Below are positions 22,516 to 35,695 of a stretch of DNA of 64,000 nucleotides, piece by piece. The position numbers were made by a program, and so were the translations under genes. This DNA is from Amphiscolops sp. MND2022 (lineage: Eukaryota). Below the pieces are notes generated by a model. That model ran no database searches, was not told the DNA's origin, and worked only from the letters and a program-made list of their open reading frames with translations. Positions within the stretch are counted from its first letter, which is position 1. The number at the start of each line of letters is the position of its first letter. Location: the NCBI GenBank assembly GCA_964187785.1, contig OZ076409.1, forward strand, positions 64,542,001 to 64,606,000, read 5' to 3'.

Positions 22516-23937
22516 AACAAGACGAGAACGTCTAAAGACGGCGCCATATCTAAGGCTCAAAGAGCGCAAAACTTTTTTGGAAAAAAACTTGTAATTTTTG
22601 AAAAAATATTTCTTTCAAAAAAAGTCGCATAGTGCCGAAAAATGTAGAAGGGGGACCCCTAGGGATTGATTAACATACATTCAGTTGCAAAATATGAAAA
22701 AACTCGAAGGGGGACCCTTTTGAGACATTAATTTTTTTTTCGAAAAAAAAGTCTCACAGAGCCGAAAATACTCTAAGGAGGGCGTACCCTTTGGTCCCTT
22801 TGAGTTTCTTAGATGATGTAAAAATACTACTTCGCAAGCTTTTGCGCCAGTATTTTAAATTTGCTAAGTAAGAATTGTACGATTTTAAGATTGTAAGAAT
22901 TGTAAGAAAAGTGGACCGATCAGTGTGAGGATTGTAGTCTGAAGAAACAAGCCGGGAACGGCCCAAGTCGGTGCCATATCTAAGGCTCAAAAACAGCAAA
23001 AGGACTTCCAAGTATTCTCTTCTACGGTACCGGAAAAACCCAAAAGTTGAACCGAATTGGCACACCAGAGGCGACACTTCGAAATTTTTCATCCATTCTG
23101 TCGCAAATCATCAAAAAAATTGAAGGAGGGGCACTTTTGATGAAAAAAAATTTTTTTTAAAGTCTCACAATGCCGAAAAAACTGAAAGGGGGGACCCTTT
23201 GGGATTTTTCAACATCCGTTCTGTCGGAAAACTCCAAAAAAAATTGAAGGGGGTGCCCTTTGGGAAATTTTTTTTTCGAAAAAAAGTCTCACAGAGCCGA
23301 AAATACTCTTTGGTCCCTTTGAGTTTCTTAGATGTAAAAATACTACTTCGCAAGCTTTTAAAGTATTTTATTTAAATTTGCTAAGTAAGAATTGTAAGAT
23401 TTTAAGATTGTAAGAAAAGTGGACCGATCAGTGTGAGGATTGTAGTCTGAAGAAAAAAAAAGGTCACTGCTATAGTCGGGCATTTTTCCTTAAAAGGAAA
23501 ACGCGCCGACTAAAAAACAAGACGGGAACGTCCCAAGTCGGCGCCATATCTTAGGCTCAAAAATATTCAAGGAACAACTATTGGAAATATTTGGAAAAAA
23601 ATTATTTTTTTCCAAAAAAAAGTATTTGGTAAAAAAGTCGCACAAATGCCGAAAAAAAACCCAAAAAACCCTTTGGTCTCACCTGTACTTTTGGAAGCAT
23701 TAAAAAAGTTATGGTTTAGTGCGAGAATCGAACCCACGCTCTCCGGCTTGGTCGAAGATGGAAGATGAACAAATATGAAAGATGAACAAATTGTAAGAAA
23801 AGTGTAAGAAAAAATTGTAAGAAAAAACTACTCACTGTAGAGTCGGGCTTTTTTCCTTAAGGGAAAAGGCGCCGACTAAAAACAGTCACTGCTATAGTCG
23901 GGCATTTTTCCCTTAATGGAAAAGCGCCGACTAAAAA
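22516..23937 (-). mobile_element. Cluster of three family A elements (heads at 22516, 22946, 23516; tails ending about 23516, 23882, 23937)
   Basis: Canonical heads with GACG/CGTC or GCCG/CGGC hairpins, a head-to-tail junction at 23501-23530, and a tRNA-like module at 23712-23750. Confidence 0.8.
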
Positions 23938-24250
23938 CACCTTTACCACAAAGATGGGATTTGCACAATGATCTCTAGTTACAGTTAGAGATGAAAACAC
24001 ATTGATTTTTTTCTATTTTTGGGTTGGGGGAGGGGGGTTGAAATTAGGGTGTAGGGTAGATGGCATACAGCATTTGCTCGAAAACAGCCGCCTCTCTAAT
24101 TTATTGGTTGCTGCAAAAAAACTCTGCAGCAATTTTAGTTGCAATGAATGTTGCATCCAAACTGTTCATCTTAGCCAACTCAGCCCTCCTAATATTGAGT
24201 TTTTCAACATGGCCGATTTAGCTCATAATTGGAATAAGTGAAAAATAATT

Positions 24251-24735
24251 AACGAGACGAGAATGTCTCAAGTGAGCCCCCCTTCAAAAACAAAACTCTG
24301 ATCAATCTCAAAAGGCCAAAAAACCTGAATGAGACACTGGAGCCATTTTTAAAAACCTATTTTTTGAGAAAAAATGTCGAAAAATTTGCACAGTGCCGAA
24401 AAACCTAAAGATGAAAACCCAACATCTTTGCCGAAGTTAAAACAGAGGGGAAACTGAAGGTGAAATAAAAAATTTCGGAAAAGTCGCACAGTGTCGGAAA
24501 AAGTCAAAGGGAGGACCTTTGGATCCAATCAAGATTTGCAAACATTAAAATTTTGGTAATGGGCGGGATTCGAACCGACAACCTCCTCCTGGAGAAGTGT
24601 GCATCCAAACCACTAGGTCAAGAGGCTGAGTGAACAAAGTCCGTTACAAATGTGTACCATTCAGTGTGAGGTCTGTGGTCTGACAAAAAACTTGTCACTG
24701 TACAGAGTCGGGCAGAAAAAGCGGGGACTAAAAAA
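24251..24735 (-). mobile_element. Diverged family A copy with a tRNA-sized A/B-box module (24554-24626)
   Basis: AACGAGACGAGAATGTC head; tail GTCGGGCAGAAAAAGCGGGGACTAAAAA. Confidence 0.6.
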
Positions 24736-25377
24736 GAAACCAAAAGATTGAGTTCTTTCAAAATTAATTCATGTGACAAGATACTTTGGCTAAGCTCGAT
24801 TTTGTGCTGTTTTTGTATTCTGCAATTCCATTGTCTTGTGTGCGAGGAAAACGGCGAAAGGAAAAATTCTACAGATAATGTAACTCATTCTCATTTTAAC
24901 AAAACGAACACAGTATTTACTGGAAAATGCTGAAGAGTGATTAAGGGAAAAAGAGTGAATTATAATATGTATAGATCAGCTAACGAATTGTGGGGCAATT
25001 AAATATCTTTCAATACTTGATAAAATTTCTCAAATACAAAATTACTGCGAAGTTGTATGATTAAGATGCATTCCCAATGCAACCGATTAGATCTGATCGA
25101 GATTGAAATTTACCTGCAAAAACATGTAAAAGGCCTGGCAATTTCAGAACATGCCAATCTAATTAGGGTATACATTTATTAAATCGTGAATTTGACCATC
25201 TAGTCGTTTTCAATGGCACGGGAAAGGAACGGTCTCGCATTGCATGTAATGGCCACAAAAACGAATCAAGCTGAGAAAGTTAGCTTCAAAGTAGTAAATT
25301 TAAATGAAGAAAAAACACTGATATATATAAAAAGTCAAAAAATCACGGTATTGTATAACAAACAATGAAAAGCGAAC

Positions 25378-25645
25378 CTTTCATTTTGGACGGAAGAACC
25401 GGTGGCATGGAACATCGGCGCGGAGCGTGCAGGTAATCAATAGCCTGGGGGTGTAATGTGTTGTAATTCACCATGAGGGTGGGGGGCAGAAGAGCGGCCA
25501 TTCTACAGGCCCCGCCCCCTCTGGGAGACGACAGGGTGCCACAGCCACCATTTTTGACACCATTCGGGCCAGTAACAGCAGCAGCACCACAGAGATCTCC
25601 CACTTCATCAACTATTGTTGTCTCCCCTAACATTCTCATGGGTGG
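25378..25645 (-). CDS. Candidate internal exon, Gly/Pro-rich
   Basis: GC-rich island with open frame PPMRMLGETTIVDEVGDLCGAAAVTGPNG...PPVLPSKMK between a TAG acceptor (25646) and a G|GTTCGC donor (25377). Confidence 0.35.
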
Positions 25646-28600
25646 CTATTTTATAGGAGCCCCGACACAACAAAGGTGACGATGACGTGTCAAGAAGGGT
25701 AGTAGCCACCAACAAAGAATAGTGATAATGATAATATAGTAAGGTAGCAAAGTCTACGTTTTATTATAATAAAAGTAATAGTAAAAATAAGTTACACAGT
25801 CTATAAAACGCGGGAGAAACACGGCTTTGCAGACCACTTTTTGCGAGTATTGGTATTATGTGCAAAAATTCTGCTAGTTCAAGCGGCTCTTAATAATGAT
25901 AAAAAACGCAGCAATAAAATCGACGGAAAGAAGAATTAGAAAGCAACAATCTGCCACTAATTACACGCCAATAAATTATGTTAACTTCCTTTTTTTCGTA
26001 GAAATATCTTTTTTCATATCGTTCGCCCAAAACATGAGCAGGCAATTCGCAAAAACGGGGAATAGAAGAATATTTCCTCAAGCTACCAAGTAGCACAATA
26101 ATGCACGAATGGAGGAAGGGAGAGATAATTATAAAAAGAAACCACTGCTGTTCATCTTGATTGTTCTTAGTTTGATTTTTTTTTTCGAATTGAATAATTT
26201 AAATTATTCAATTCGAAAAAAAATCAAACTAAGAACAATCAAGATGAACAGCAGTGGTTTCTTTTTACATTGGTGCCTTATCAACTTCACTGGATCTCAG
26301 CTTTAACGTCAACTTCTCTTTTTTTCTATCAGCCAAAAAAGATAAACCAAAATTTTGGAGTCAAAAATAAACCATCAATTTTCAGTACGAACGGTCCTTT
26401 CATCAGCTTTTCTTTTTACAGCGACTGCGTGGGACTGAATTGAGGAAATTCCCCTCAGGTAATAATTTGGTGGACATGATTTTCTTTCCACAAATGACGA
26501 GCTATCACATTTGGGGAGCCAACCTTGAAAAGGAGACTAAAATTGTCATTTAATGGAACTAATCTTTGGGAGTTTTTGAAAAGGTAAAAAAACCATTATA
26601 TTGATTGATATATATCACTACTCCAATGACGTAATTTCGAAGACCGGGAATAAATTAAATCTGTACTAATGGATTTTGAAAGTTAAAAAATTAGAAGAAA
26701 ACCTTAAGTGTTAAGCTGAACATAAACATAGGATGCAATCAATCAAATGCATTCAATTGACAAAAACCAATGGCTGTGAAATTAGAATTTGTATCAGTTT
26801 CACCAAGGTGGAAAAACATCGCCTGTCGGGAATTTCGGTAAAAAATTGCGGAAGAATGGTAAGTGCGTCATAGCACTTTCAAATGTTACTTCATCCCCAG
26901 TGAACAGAGCTGAGATGAAAATGTATATTAAAGCGATTACGTCATTCTTTGACGGTAACTGCTTTGAATTCAGCAGTTAAATGCCGAAGGTTTTTCATCT
27001 TGATTTGCAGGGGGTGGCATAATGGCCGTCGTCCTCACCGTGTAGCAGCGTAATAATATTCCTGCTTTGTGCGATACACATCTAGCCTCCACCGCGTCCA
27101 TTGAAAAAATCACCGACCAGAAATCACATGAAAAAAAAACAAAATTCCATTTTCTGCAAAGCTGGAATTTTCATTATTCGGAGTGTTACCAAATGGGTAA
27201 CCAGCTGAACAATACAGGGATTTCGAAATTAGGTTGAAAATGAAGAAATTAGGCCATGGCTGGGTAAAGCAGTATGTCCTTTGAATTATTACATTAAACA
27301 GCACTACAATACTAATAACAGCGTATTTTAAAACACACGCGGGAAAATCCAGTAGAAAGTAGCGAAATGGGTGCGGTGAAAAAAGTGACGCGCCAGATTT
27401 TTTCGTCTAGGGAAATAATTTGCAGAGACTTTTTAGATTAGATTGCAGACAGAAATTTATTACCTAATTAGGAATAGGGGTGATGTAGTCTAGCCCAGAC
27501 GACAGAATAATGCGAAACTTCATTTATTCTGACAAACGCATGTCGAAATGAGTGTGCCATCGTTAGGCTTCAAGCGGAAAGTTTTACACCACCAAGCGGA
27601 TTTTTTCAAAAAAACTTCACTTGAAGCCGCAAAGCTGTGAAAGATTGTTATTTCAATAATAATAACCAAACTGACGTTGCAAAAACAAGATTGAAATTTG
27701 GAAATTGATTTTTGGAGCTGTCACAATTTTTGTTCCAGATATACAATGACGTTAAGCCGGAATGCAACGTCATTCTAAACGCCCAAGAGGTCAATTAATG
27801 AATTTATATCACGTCGATCGAAGCTTACAACTAAGAATGCCGTTGACAGAGGAAATAAGATTAGATAGCTTCCTGTTTGAAAAGAAATGGAAAACTTCAA
27901 ATCCCACAGAAAGCAACGTAGAAGTTATCAAAAGCACACTTTTGAGCAAATCAGTAGAGAACAGCTCAAAGTCGGCGCCCAGAGGAAAAAGGAAAACAGC
28001 AACTGGCATATCGGCCGCCCTATCATATCAGTCTTCGTCGCATTCGTACCTTGTCTTAAAAGTGAATTTACTTTAACCGTCTGGCGATTTTAGTCTTACC
28101 TGAAAGCGCCTACTGAAAACACGGTTAGATAAAATACAGAGTAGAATTAGATCCGAACTAGCACTGATTATTGTGGAAGTTCGGAGAAAAGTTTTGAAAT
28201 CAAAGGGGTCGTAAAGTTGGTTAATGAGTTTAGAGAATTTTTCGCGACATGTTTGAATCTAAAGACATTATGCTAGCTGATCAGTATTAGTATGTGTACG
28301 AAAACCTTTACCTTTGCAAAAGTTATGAAGGAATCGAACAAAACACGCATATACGAGAATGCAGCAAATTCTGATCGCGAAAATTTTTATAGCTCGAAAA
28401 AAATGAAGCCATGAAGAAGAATTACCGTTTCAGAGCTCAATATTTAATAAAGTATAAAAGCATCTACTGCGAGAAAAGTCAACGTTTCTTCCATTTTGGA
28501 CTTAAGTTAATTCAGTTGTTTTCTAATTCATGGTTCACGCAAGTGTTGTAGAAAGGCAGTGCAAGTCTTCTTAGAATACTAAAACTATTTACTGCGATTA

Positions 28601-30079
28601 AAAAAATACAAAGTAAGATCAAAACAGTCAAAAACGTTTGATTGTGGATAAAAACAGGCGTAGGTTTATTTCAAGCGGACTTCGTGACAAAAAAAATTCA
28701 TAAAAAACAGAAATTGGTTTAAAATTATCACGCGACGCCGCAACTAGCAGAAACTGAAATGAAAGGTAAATGCCGAACAAAAGAGCCATATGGTTAGTTT
28801 GAGGCGATAAGCTTTCATGTTTTTTTATTCAAAAGATTTTTTTAAAAAAACGTTGAAAATAGGTTCCAAGAGCATGAAATATTTGATAACATTGAACGTC
28901 AGGAGAACTACCAACCGCGTCATCAGAAACACAAGCACAAGGCTCTACAGAACCGTACTCGATTATTTAAACACAAGATATCAGCAATAGACAATATCCG
29001 TAAACAGTCTCATCTCATACATGAAGCCCTAAGAACGAATAACTGAAACCTAGACAGTAGCTTTTCTAATGTCTCGTTTAAAACATTGGACATGTCTTTA
29101 CGAACAACATGGTTTGTAAAGAACACTAAACGAGCAAACGAATAATGAATGATATAAGGAATAACCATTGCCAACCGAAGTGTTGAAAACACTGGATACC
29201 TCAATTAGAACTGAATCAAAGCCTGGTTTCTACTCAAAACGGCATTGTACTTTCCAACAATCTAGACTGTACCGTGCTTTCTCTACTTCCACAAAGTAGT
29301 GCTTTAGTAAAAGCCATTTTCAGTTTGATTTCTTTGGCAGTACAGCGACAAGTTAGAAAAATAACCAAAAGAAAGGAATTGATATGCATTAGTAACAATA
29401 ACAACTAATCATGATTCACATTCACGGTAAAAAGTTATTCGAAAGAGTATTTCTTTTTTGGTACTCATTCTGGTTCTTTCATCTAAACTGTCGCTGCAGT
29501 GAAACGAATTTTTGATACAGACTCGAGGAGCCAGTTTTCTCATTATCAAAGAAGCTATTGCTTTATTGAGAGGAACTCTGAAAAGGTAAAACATGAATCG
29601 TAATTCCTTATATTTAAGCATGTTTTCACTGTCCAATTCCGTTGGATTTCTGGGACGTTATGTAAAAAGTCTGAGATTCTCGGAAAATCCATCCGGTGAC
29701 ACACTACATTATAAGAAAAGCTTTTGATAGCGAGAAAAAAACAACTGACAAAGCTGGGCACAAAACTGACAATAAGAGTAGTTCAATATCACAGGCCTCT
29801 TTTCGCCAGATAATCCCCTTTTGCAGGTGCGTCAGATTCCGGTCAAATGAACTGCAGCACCTTTTCATCTTTTTTGAATTGAACATATTCACTCAAATAT
29901 TTCTTCGAATGTTCCAAGGAAATAAACTGTTTCGTTTAATTTACTATTGAATCGATGACGTCCAAAAAGAAACAGCGAACTACGCCCTTTGTCAAAGTTT
30001 TTTGCACACTTCCGATTGTTTCGCACCATGTTCCGGCAATGAAAAAGTATCGTCAGAAGCCCTAAATATGATATGATTC

Positions 30080-30911
30080 ACTCGTGTTGCATGCAGTTAA
30101 CGTAACAGCAGAAAAACCCATCTTGTGCAGCAGAAAACATCAAAAAAACGAAAAATTGAGAAACTGTCTCCAATTTTCAAAAAAAATGTGTCCGGCGTGC
30201 CGCATAGTGCCGAAAACACTAAAAAGTTCTCTATACTCGCAAAACTTCGATAAAGGGGGGCTTCGATGAAAACATTCGAAAAAAGTCGCTTAGTTCCGAA
30301 AAAACGCTGGTCTTAAAAACAGGAAACGCTAGATCCGGTATACGTAATATCCGGAATTCGTTATAGCCGGTGTGCTTTAAATCCGGTATGGGTTGTGTCG
30401 CTATATCCAGAATACGTTATATCCGGTTTGCGTCAAAAAAAATCCAAAGGGGGACCCCTTTATAACATTGAAAAATTCTCTAAGAAACGTTATATCCGAT
30501 ATAGTTTACAGCTTATAAAGCTTTCGGAAAATGTCGCATAGCGCCGAAAAATGTAAAAGGGGGGGACCCTTTGGGATCTATTAACATACATCTTTGGAGA
30601 CATTAAAAAAATTTAGAAAAAAGTCACCGTGCCGAAAAAAAATTGAAAGGGACTCTTTAGTCTGATTTGTAGGTTACGTTTAAAAAAGTAAACAAATGAA
30701 AGGGGGCCCTTTGCACTAAGTTTCCACTGGCTGGACTTAGCTGTAGTAGTTTTAGTAGTTTCTGTAAAATGTGGACCTTTCAGTGTGAGGTCTGTGGTCT
30801 GAAAAAAGGGTGACTGTAAGAGTCGGGTATTTTTCCTTTAAAGGAAAATGCGCCAAGTGAAAAAAGCCAGTGCCATAGTCGTCTCTTTCTACGAAAGCGC
30901 CGATTAAAAAA
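30080..30911 (-). mobile_element. Family A copy (head not resolved) with internal CCGGTAT/CGTTATATCC microsatellite
   Basis: Body blocks and tail CATAGTCGTCTCTTTCTACGAAAGCGCCGATTAAAAA. The microsatellite resembles 10110-10185, the Copia insertion site. Confidence 0.55.
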
Positions 30912-31192
30912 CACCGGATTTCATGGAAGAATTAACTTCCAAATAACATCAATTTTCTTTTCAACTTTACCGCAATCTACGTTTACATTATGAACCAACA
31001 ATTTGAAAAGACTTAATTCTGCGTAAATATCTAAGTGAAAACATGTGAGCATAAAGTTGTCGTTGAGTGAAACTTTAATTTAAAAAATCAACAAAAAACC
31101 TTTCAAGTTACTTTTGGTCGCCAATGTCACAATTTTACAAGTCGTGAATTCCTAGTTAGAGTCAATGACGGTTTGAGTAGCATACAAATTTC

Positions 31193-31565
31193 GGTGTCCG
31201 GACATTACGCCCAAGGACATTACGCTCAAAGCGGACATTACGTCCAAACGTAAATTACGCACAAGGACATTACGATAATGTAATCAGCATATTCACACAT
31301 ACCCCTAGTGCCCTAAATGCAGGAGCGAAGCGAAGCGGAGCGACGTGCCATATGGCCATGCCTCAATGTTGCTACTTGGCGAAGGGAGCGAAGCGACCGA
31401 GCCATACAACAAATATGTAAACCTCTTCAAATAATAACCTGAAAATAATCGCTGCTATTCGCTTTGAATAGCTCAATTTCCTTGGGCGTAATTTCCGTTT
31501 GGGCGTAATTTCATTGGGCGTAATGTCCTTGGGCGAAATGTCTTTGGGCGTATTGTCCTAGAACC
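31193..31565. mobile_element. Foldback/Mutator-like MITE (373 bp)
   Basis: About 80-bp imperfect TIRs built from GGACATTACGCCCAA subrepeats; exact 9-bp TSD ACAAATTTC (31184-31192, 31566-31574). Confidence 0.85.
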
Positions 31566-32130
31566 ACAAATTTCCACTCTCAAAAACAATATAAACTTTT
31601 TTCCAAACAGTCAAATGTGTCTTCGTAGAAAGTGTCTTGCAGAGCGCAAGAGCAAAAACGGCAACTTAGTTAGAACTGATCCCATTCACTTTAAATTTGA
31701 CGGAGCGACTATTCAGCCGCGCAAGATTTACAATAAGAGACAGTCGAAAAGAACTCTCCTGTTCATTTTGAAATGCTGCTTCTCTGTGCACGTTTTGCAC
31801 GAACGATAATTTTTTCCTCGTACAAAAAAGCACGTTATAATATTTAATATAGTTTTATTGGTCAAGAACAAAGTGAAAATATTTACATTTTCCAAAAATA
31901 ATACTTGAATTTTTTCACATCCCTGGAATGAGACTTTAATATTACGGAACACGGAACTTTTCAGAAAAAGCTTAGGAAAAAAAGGAAAATTTTCACTCAG
32001 TGAACTGTTCCATACGAAACAGTGTAGAGTAGCACCTTGGCATTATAATTACGTTGGCATTGCGAAGCGACACATTTGTTCCCCAAAATCAGTGTGCTTC
32101 CATAATTCTTACTCCCATTAGCTAATTCCA

Positions 32131-33494
32131 AACAAGACGGGAACGTCCAAAGTCGGCGCTATATCTAAGGCTCAAAAAGCGCAAAGTTTTTAAAATATAC
32201 CCAGGACGTACTTATGAAAAGCTCAGAAAACAGTTTCAAGACAGCCAAAAGGTGCCTTCCATGCTCGATAAGAATGGGAAACAACTTTTCCGCCAAATGG
32301 GAATAAAAAAAAACATTTTTGAAAAACTTCAGATTTTTTTCTTTCAGAAAATGTCGCATAGTGCCGGACAATATAAAAGGGGGACCCTTTGGGGTTTATT
32401 AACATACATTCTGTAGCAAAATACACACAGAGGCGAAGCCGTGCTTCGCAAACACTTGCGAACTTTTGAAGAAAACCAAATAAGCAATATCATACGGAAA
32501 ACCAAGGGTAGAAGGAGATTAAAATTTCATCAATTTTACAGCGCCAAAAAATACCCGAAGGGATACGCGTAAGTCTCGAAAACCAATCTTCCCCAACTGA
32601 AAACAGCAAAAAACCCATTCTTTCTCAACGGAAAACCTTAAACAGAAAATAGAAGAGAAAAAATTCAAAATTTTTCGAAAACATTTTTGATGGTCTCCGG
32701 TAAGTCGCGAAGCCTTGAGGAGTCCTCTCGCAAAACGTTTCGTTTCTTGTAAAAATTGAGCAGGGGCTTCGGTGAAAACAAATTTTAAAAAAGTCGCAAA
32801 GAAAAAAGATCGGTCTTTAAAAAAAGGGTCTTTTAAAACTAAAAATTGAGAAAAAATTTTCCGAATTTTTTTGAAGTTTCCGCTAAGTCGCATAGTGCCG
32901 AAAAATGTGAAAAAGGGACCCTTTGGGATTTTTTAACATTCGTGCTCTTGCAAAATATCAAAAAAATGAAAGGAGGACTCTTTGGGGACATTTAAAAAAT
33001 TTCGAAAAAAAAGTCTCACAAAGCCGAAAAAAAGTCTCACAAAGCCGAAAAGTCTCATAATGCCGAAAAAAGTCAGAACCTTCTGCTTCTGTGAAAAAAT
33101 TAGCGCATACCCACGGGTTCGAACACGAAACCTCTGGGTTGAAAAGCAAGCATCTTACCACTAGACCACGAACGCGTGAAACGTGCGAGTTGCCGCGTGA
33201 AATCAGAGAGTTGTCGCGCGGAAAAAAAAGCACCCGCACTTTCCCATAACACTTGCTTATCGCAAGTGTAAAAACATACTCGAAGGGGCGACCCTTTAGT
33301 CTCGTCCGGTTTTGTAGGTTACGTTGAATTTTTTTTAAATGACCCTGTGCACTAAGTCTCCGCTGGCCGGATTGGCTTTAGTAGTTTCTGTAAAATGTTG
33401 ACCTTTCAGTGTGAGGTCTGTGGTCTGAAGAAATAAAAGGGTCACGGTAGAAGTCGGGCACTTTTCCTTGAAAGGAAAATGCGCCGACTGAAAA
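32131..33494 (-). mobile_element. Composite family A copy with tRNA-like module at 33103-33175
   Basis: Canonical AACAAG-ACG-GGAA-CGTC head; tail GTCGGGCACTTTTCCTT-G-AAAGGAAAATGCGCCGACTG. Confidence 0.7.
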
Positions 33495-33752
33495 TAGTCG
33501 TCAAGAACTAACAAAAAAGATATTCAAGATTAGCACACGCTATTTTCAGGCTATAGAAGGGGTAGAAAGTGAAACTGCTGCCCTGCATAGCCGCAAACTT
33601 TTATTCTTATACATTCAAGCCTGGATTCGAGCACGGATTACTCAATTTGAATTTGAATATCGAATTGTATATTTCTACAATTGAACGTAGTTTGCAAAGT
33701 GGTAATGGCGTTTTCCACTGTTTGCTTTGAAAGTAGTCACAGGTTGTCAACA

Positions 33753-34391
33753 AACAAGACGCCCGCTATGCACCGGGATATTTTCCGCCTTCAATTGGCT
33801 AACTATAAACACTTAATCAAAAATTTACCTCCTCCTTGGTAAAACGCAATTACTTCGGATATAACGTCAAAATCCGGATATAGCGCAATAATTTTGAAAG
33901 TCCGCGTCCTCCTTAGTAAAACAATTTACTTCGGATAAAACATCAAAAGTTCCAATATAGCGTGCTGGAACAAATGGAGGCGCACTTTTTCGAACATCCG
34001 CCTCCTCCGCAGTGAAACGCAATTTACTTCGAATATAACGTCAAAAGTTTGGTAATAGTGTGCTGGGACAAATGGGAGCGCACTTTTTCGAACCCCTGCC
34101 TCATTAGTAAAACGCAATTAGATCGGATATAACGTCAAAAATTCGGATATAGCGCAATAATTTCGAACCACCGCTTACTCCTTAGTGAACGGAAATTTAC
34201 TTCGGATATAACGTCAAACGTTCGCATATAGCGTGCTGGGACAATTGGGAGTAAGTAACTACATGTGACTAAGTAACTAAATGTGAGTAAGTAAATGGAG
34301 CAAGTAAAATATGGAGATTTGGCAGAATTTGGAAGAAACGCAACACAGATCATGATTTTCCTCCCCCATTTTTGTGGGCGGAAAATGAAAA
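33753..34391 (-). mobile_element. Family B copy with central tandem-repeat array (about 33830-34250)
   Basis: Head AACAAGACGCCCGCTATGCACCGGG; subterminal inverted repeat ATTTTCCGCC (~33780) / GGCGGAAAAT (~34377); about five 75-95-bp units containing TTCGGATATAACGTCAAAA. Confidence 0.7.
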
Positions 34392-34750
34392 TCAATTATT
34401 CAATTAAAAATTCAGCATTACCTACATAGCTCACTAGCTGTTGTGTTTATGGCTTGTATGCAGTATAATAACAGTATCAAACTAGAACTTGAATTGGAAG
34501 ATCATCGAAATTTAAACAAACAGTCGGATCTGCGTGAAAGATTTTTCGGTTGGGCAACAATTCGTCCCGAGCGACGATTCGTCCCAAATTCCAAAAAGCG
34601 ACAGTCTCAAGCAACATTTCGTCCCATTTTGAAAAGGCGACAATCCGTCCCATTTGTAAAAAGCGACAATTCGTCCCAAATTGTTTAATTGATCAGCTAA
34701 TTAACAACCTTTTTTGAAGATTGAAATTAAAGAATTAAACAAATAGTTCT

Positions 34751-35695
34751 AACAAGCCGGCACCGTCCCAAGTCGGCGCCATATCTAAGGCTCAAAAATA
34801 GCAAAAGGACTTCAAAATGTCTTCAGAAGTATTGAATTGTTGACCCTTTTATAAAAAATTGCAAAGTCTCACAATGCCGAAAAAAACTGAAAGGGGGGAC
34901 CATTTGGGATTTTTCAACATCCATTCTGTCGCGAATCTCCAAAAAAAATTGAAGGGAGGAACCCTTTGGGAGAAAAAACATTTCCCGAAAAAAGTCTCGC
35001 AATGCCGAAAAAAACTGAAATGGGGGGACCCTTGGTCTCGTCCGGTATCGTATGTTACGCGGGAAACCTTTTTGGTTCAGTTCCTTGGGCCAACGGGTAC
35101 AATTTGGTGCCTTCTTAAAATTTTGTAGAATTCTTGAGGTAGAACTATTTTGGTCACTTTAGGGCAGAGATGACCATAGCTCGAAATTCTATTATAGCAA
35201 TGCTATATTAAACGCTATGTTACTAAAACAGCAGCAACTATTATAGCGGCTATATGAACATATATGGAATTTCTATAATAGAAATCTATAATTGCCGTTA
35301 TTATTGATCAATCATATCTCTCGATGAGGTTGGGTACCTCTCGATGAATAGAAGAATGAGAATTTTGCCTCGAAATTTGAAAACTAGACTCATCGTTGAA
35401 TGTTATAATAATAAGTTCATAGTCTTCAATGTTTCGTTATTTTTCAAAAAAAATTTCAACTGTTTTCTCCTTAGCTGACTACCCTAGATGGGCGCAAGGA
35501 TTGAAGCTATAATCATACTATTGACAAAAATTGGATCTATAATAGAATTCTATTTATTTTTAATTAATAGGAAAAGCTATAATAAATTCTATAATCAATG
35601 ATTATAGGGTCATCTCTGCTTTAGGGTATAAAAAACACCAACGAAAAGCCATGACCATAGTCGACTCTTTTCTCTAGAAAAGCGCCGACTAAAAA
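34751..35695 (-). mobile_element. Family A copy nested in the foldback element
   Basis: Head AACAAGCCGGCACCGTC and canonical tail ending GCGCCGACTAAAAA. Confidence 0.75.
35165..35618. mobile_element. hAT-family MITE (454 bp)
   Basis: TIR CAGAGATGACC / GGTCATCTCTG; exact 8-bp TSD CTTTAGGG; repeated CTATAA/TTATAG subterminal motifs. Confidence 0.9.

Noticed and set aside
24554-24626. Functional tRNA genes at the tRNA-sized modules (also 33103-33175)
   Set aside because: Acceptor and anticodon stems do not pair; reported as degenerate modules instead.
27762-29950. Exon-like frames (27762-28076, about 28900-29045, 29490-29585, 29696-29950)
   Set aside because: Could not be assembled into a consistent strand and phase model; left uncalled.
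33830-34250. CRISPR-like appearance of repeated units (also 31193-31275 and 34555-34682)
   Set aside because: Units are degenerate and lack unique spacers, there are no cas genes, and the context is eukaryotic transposon sequence.
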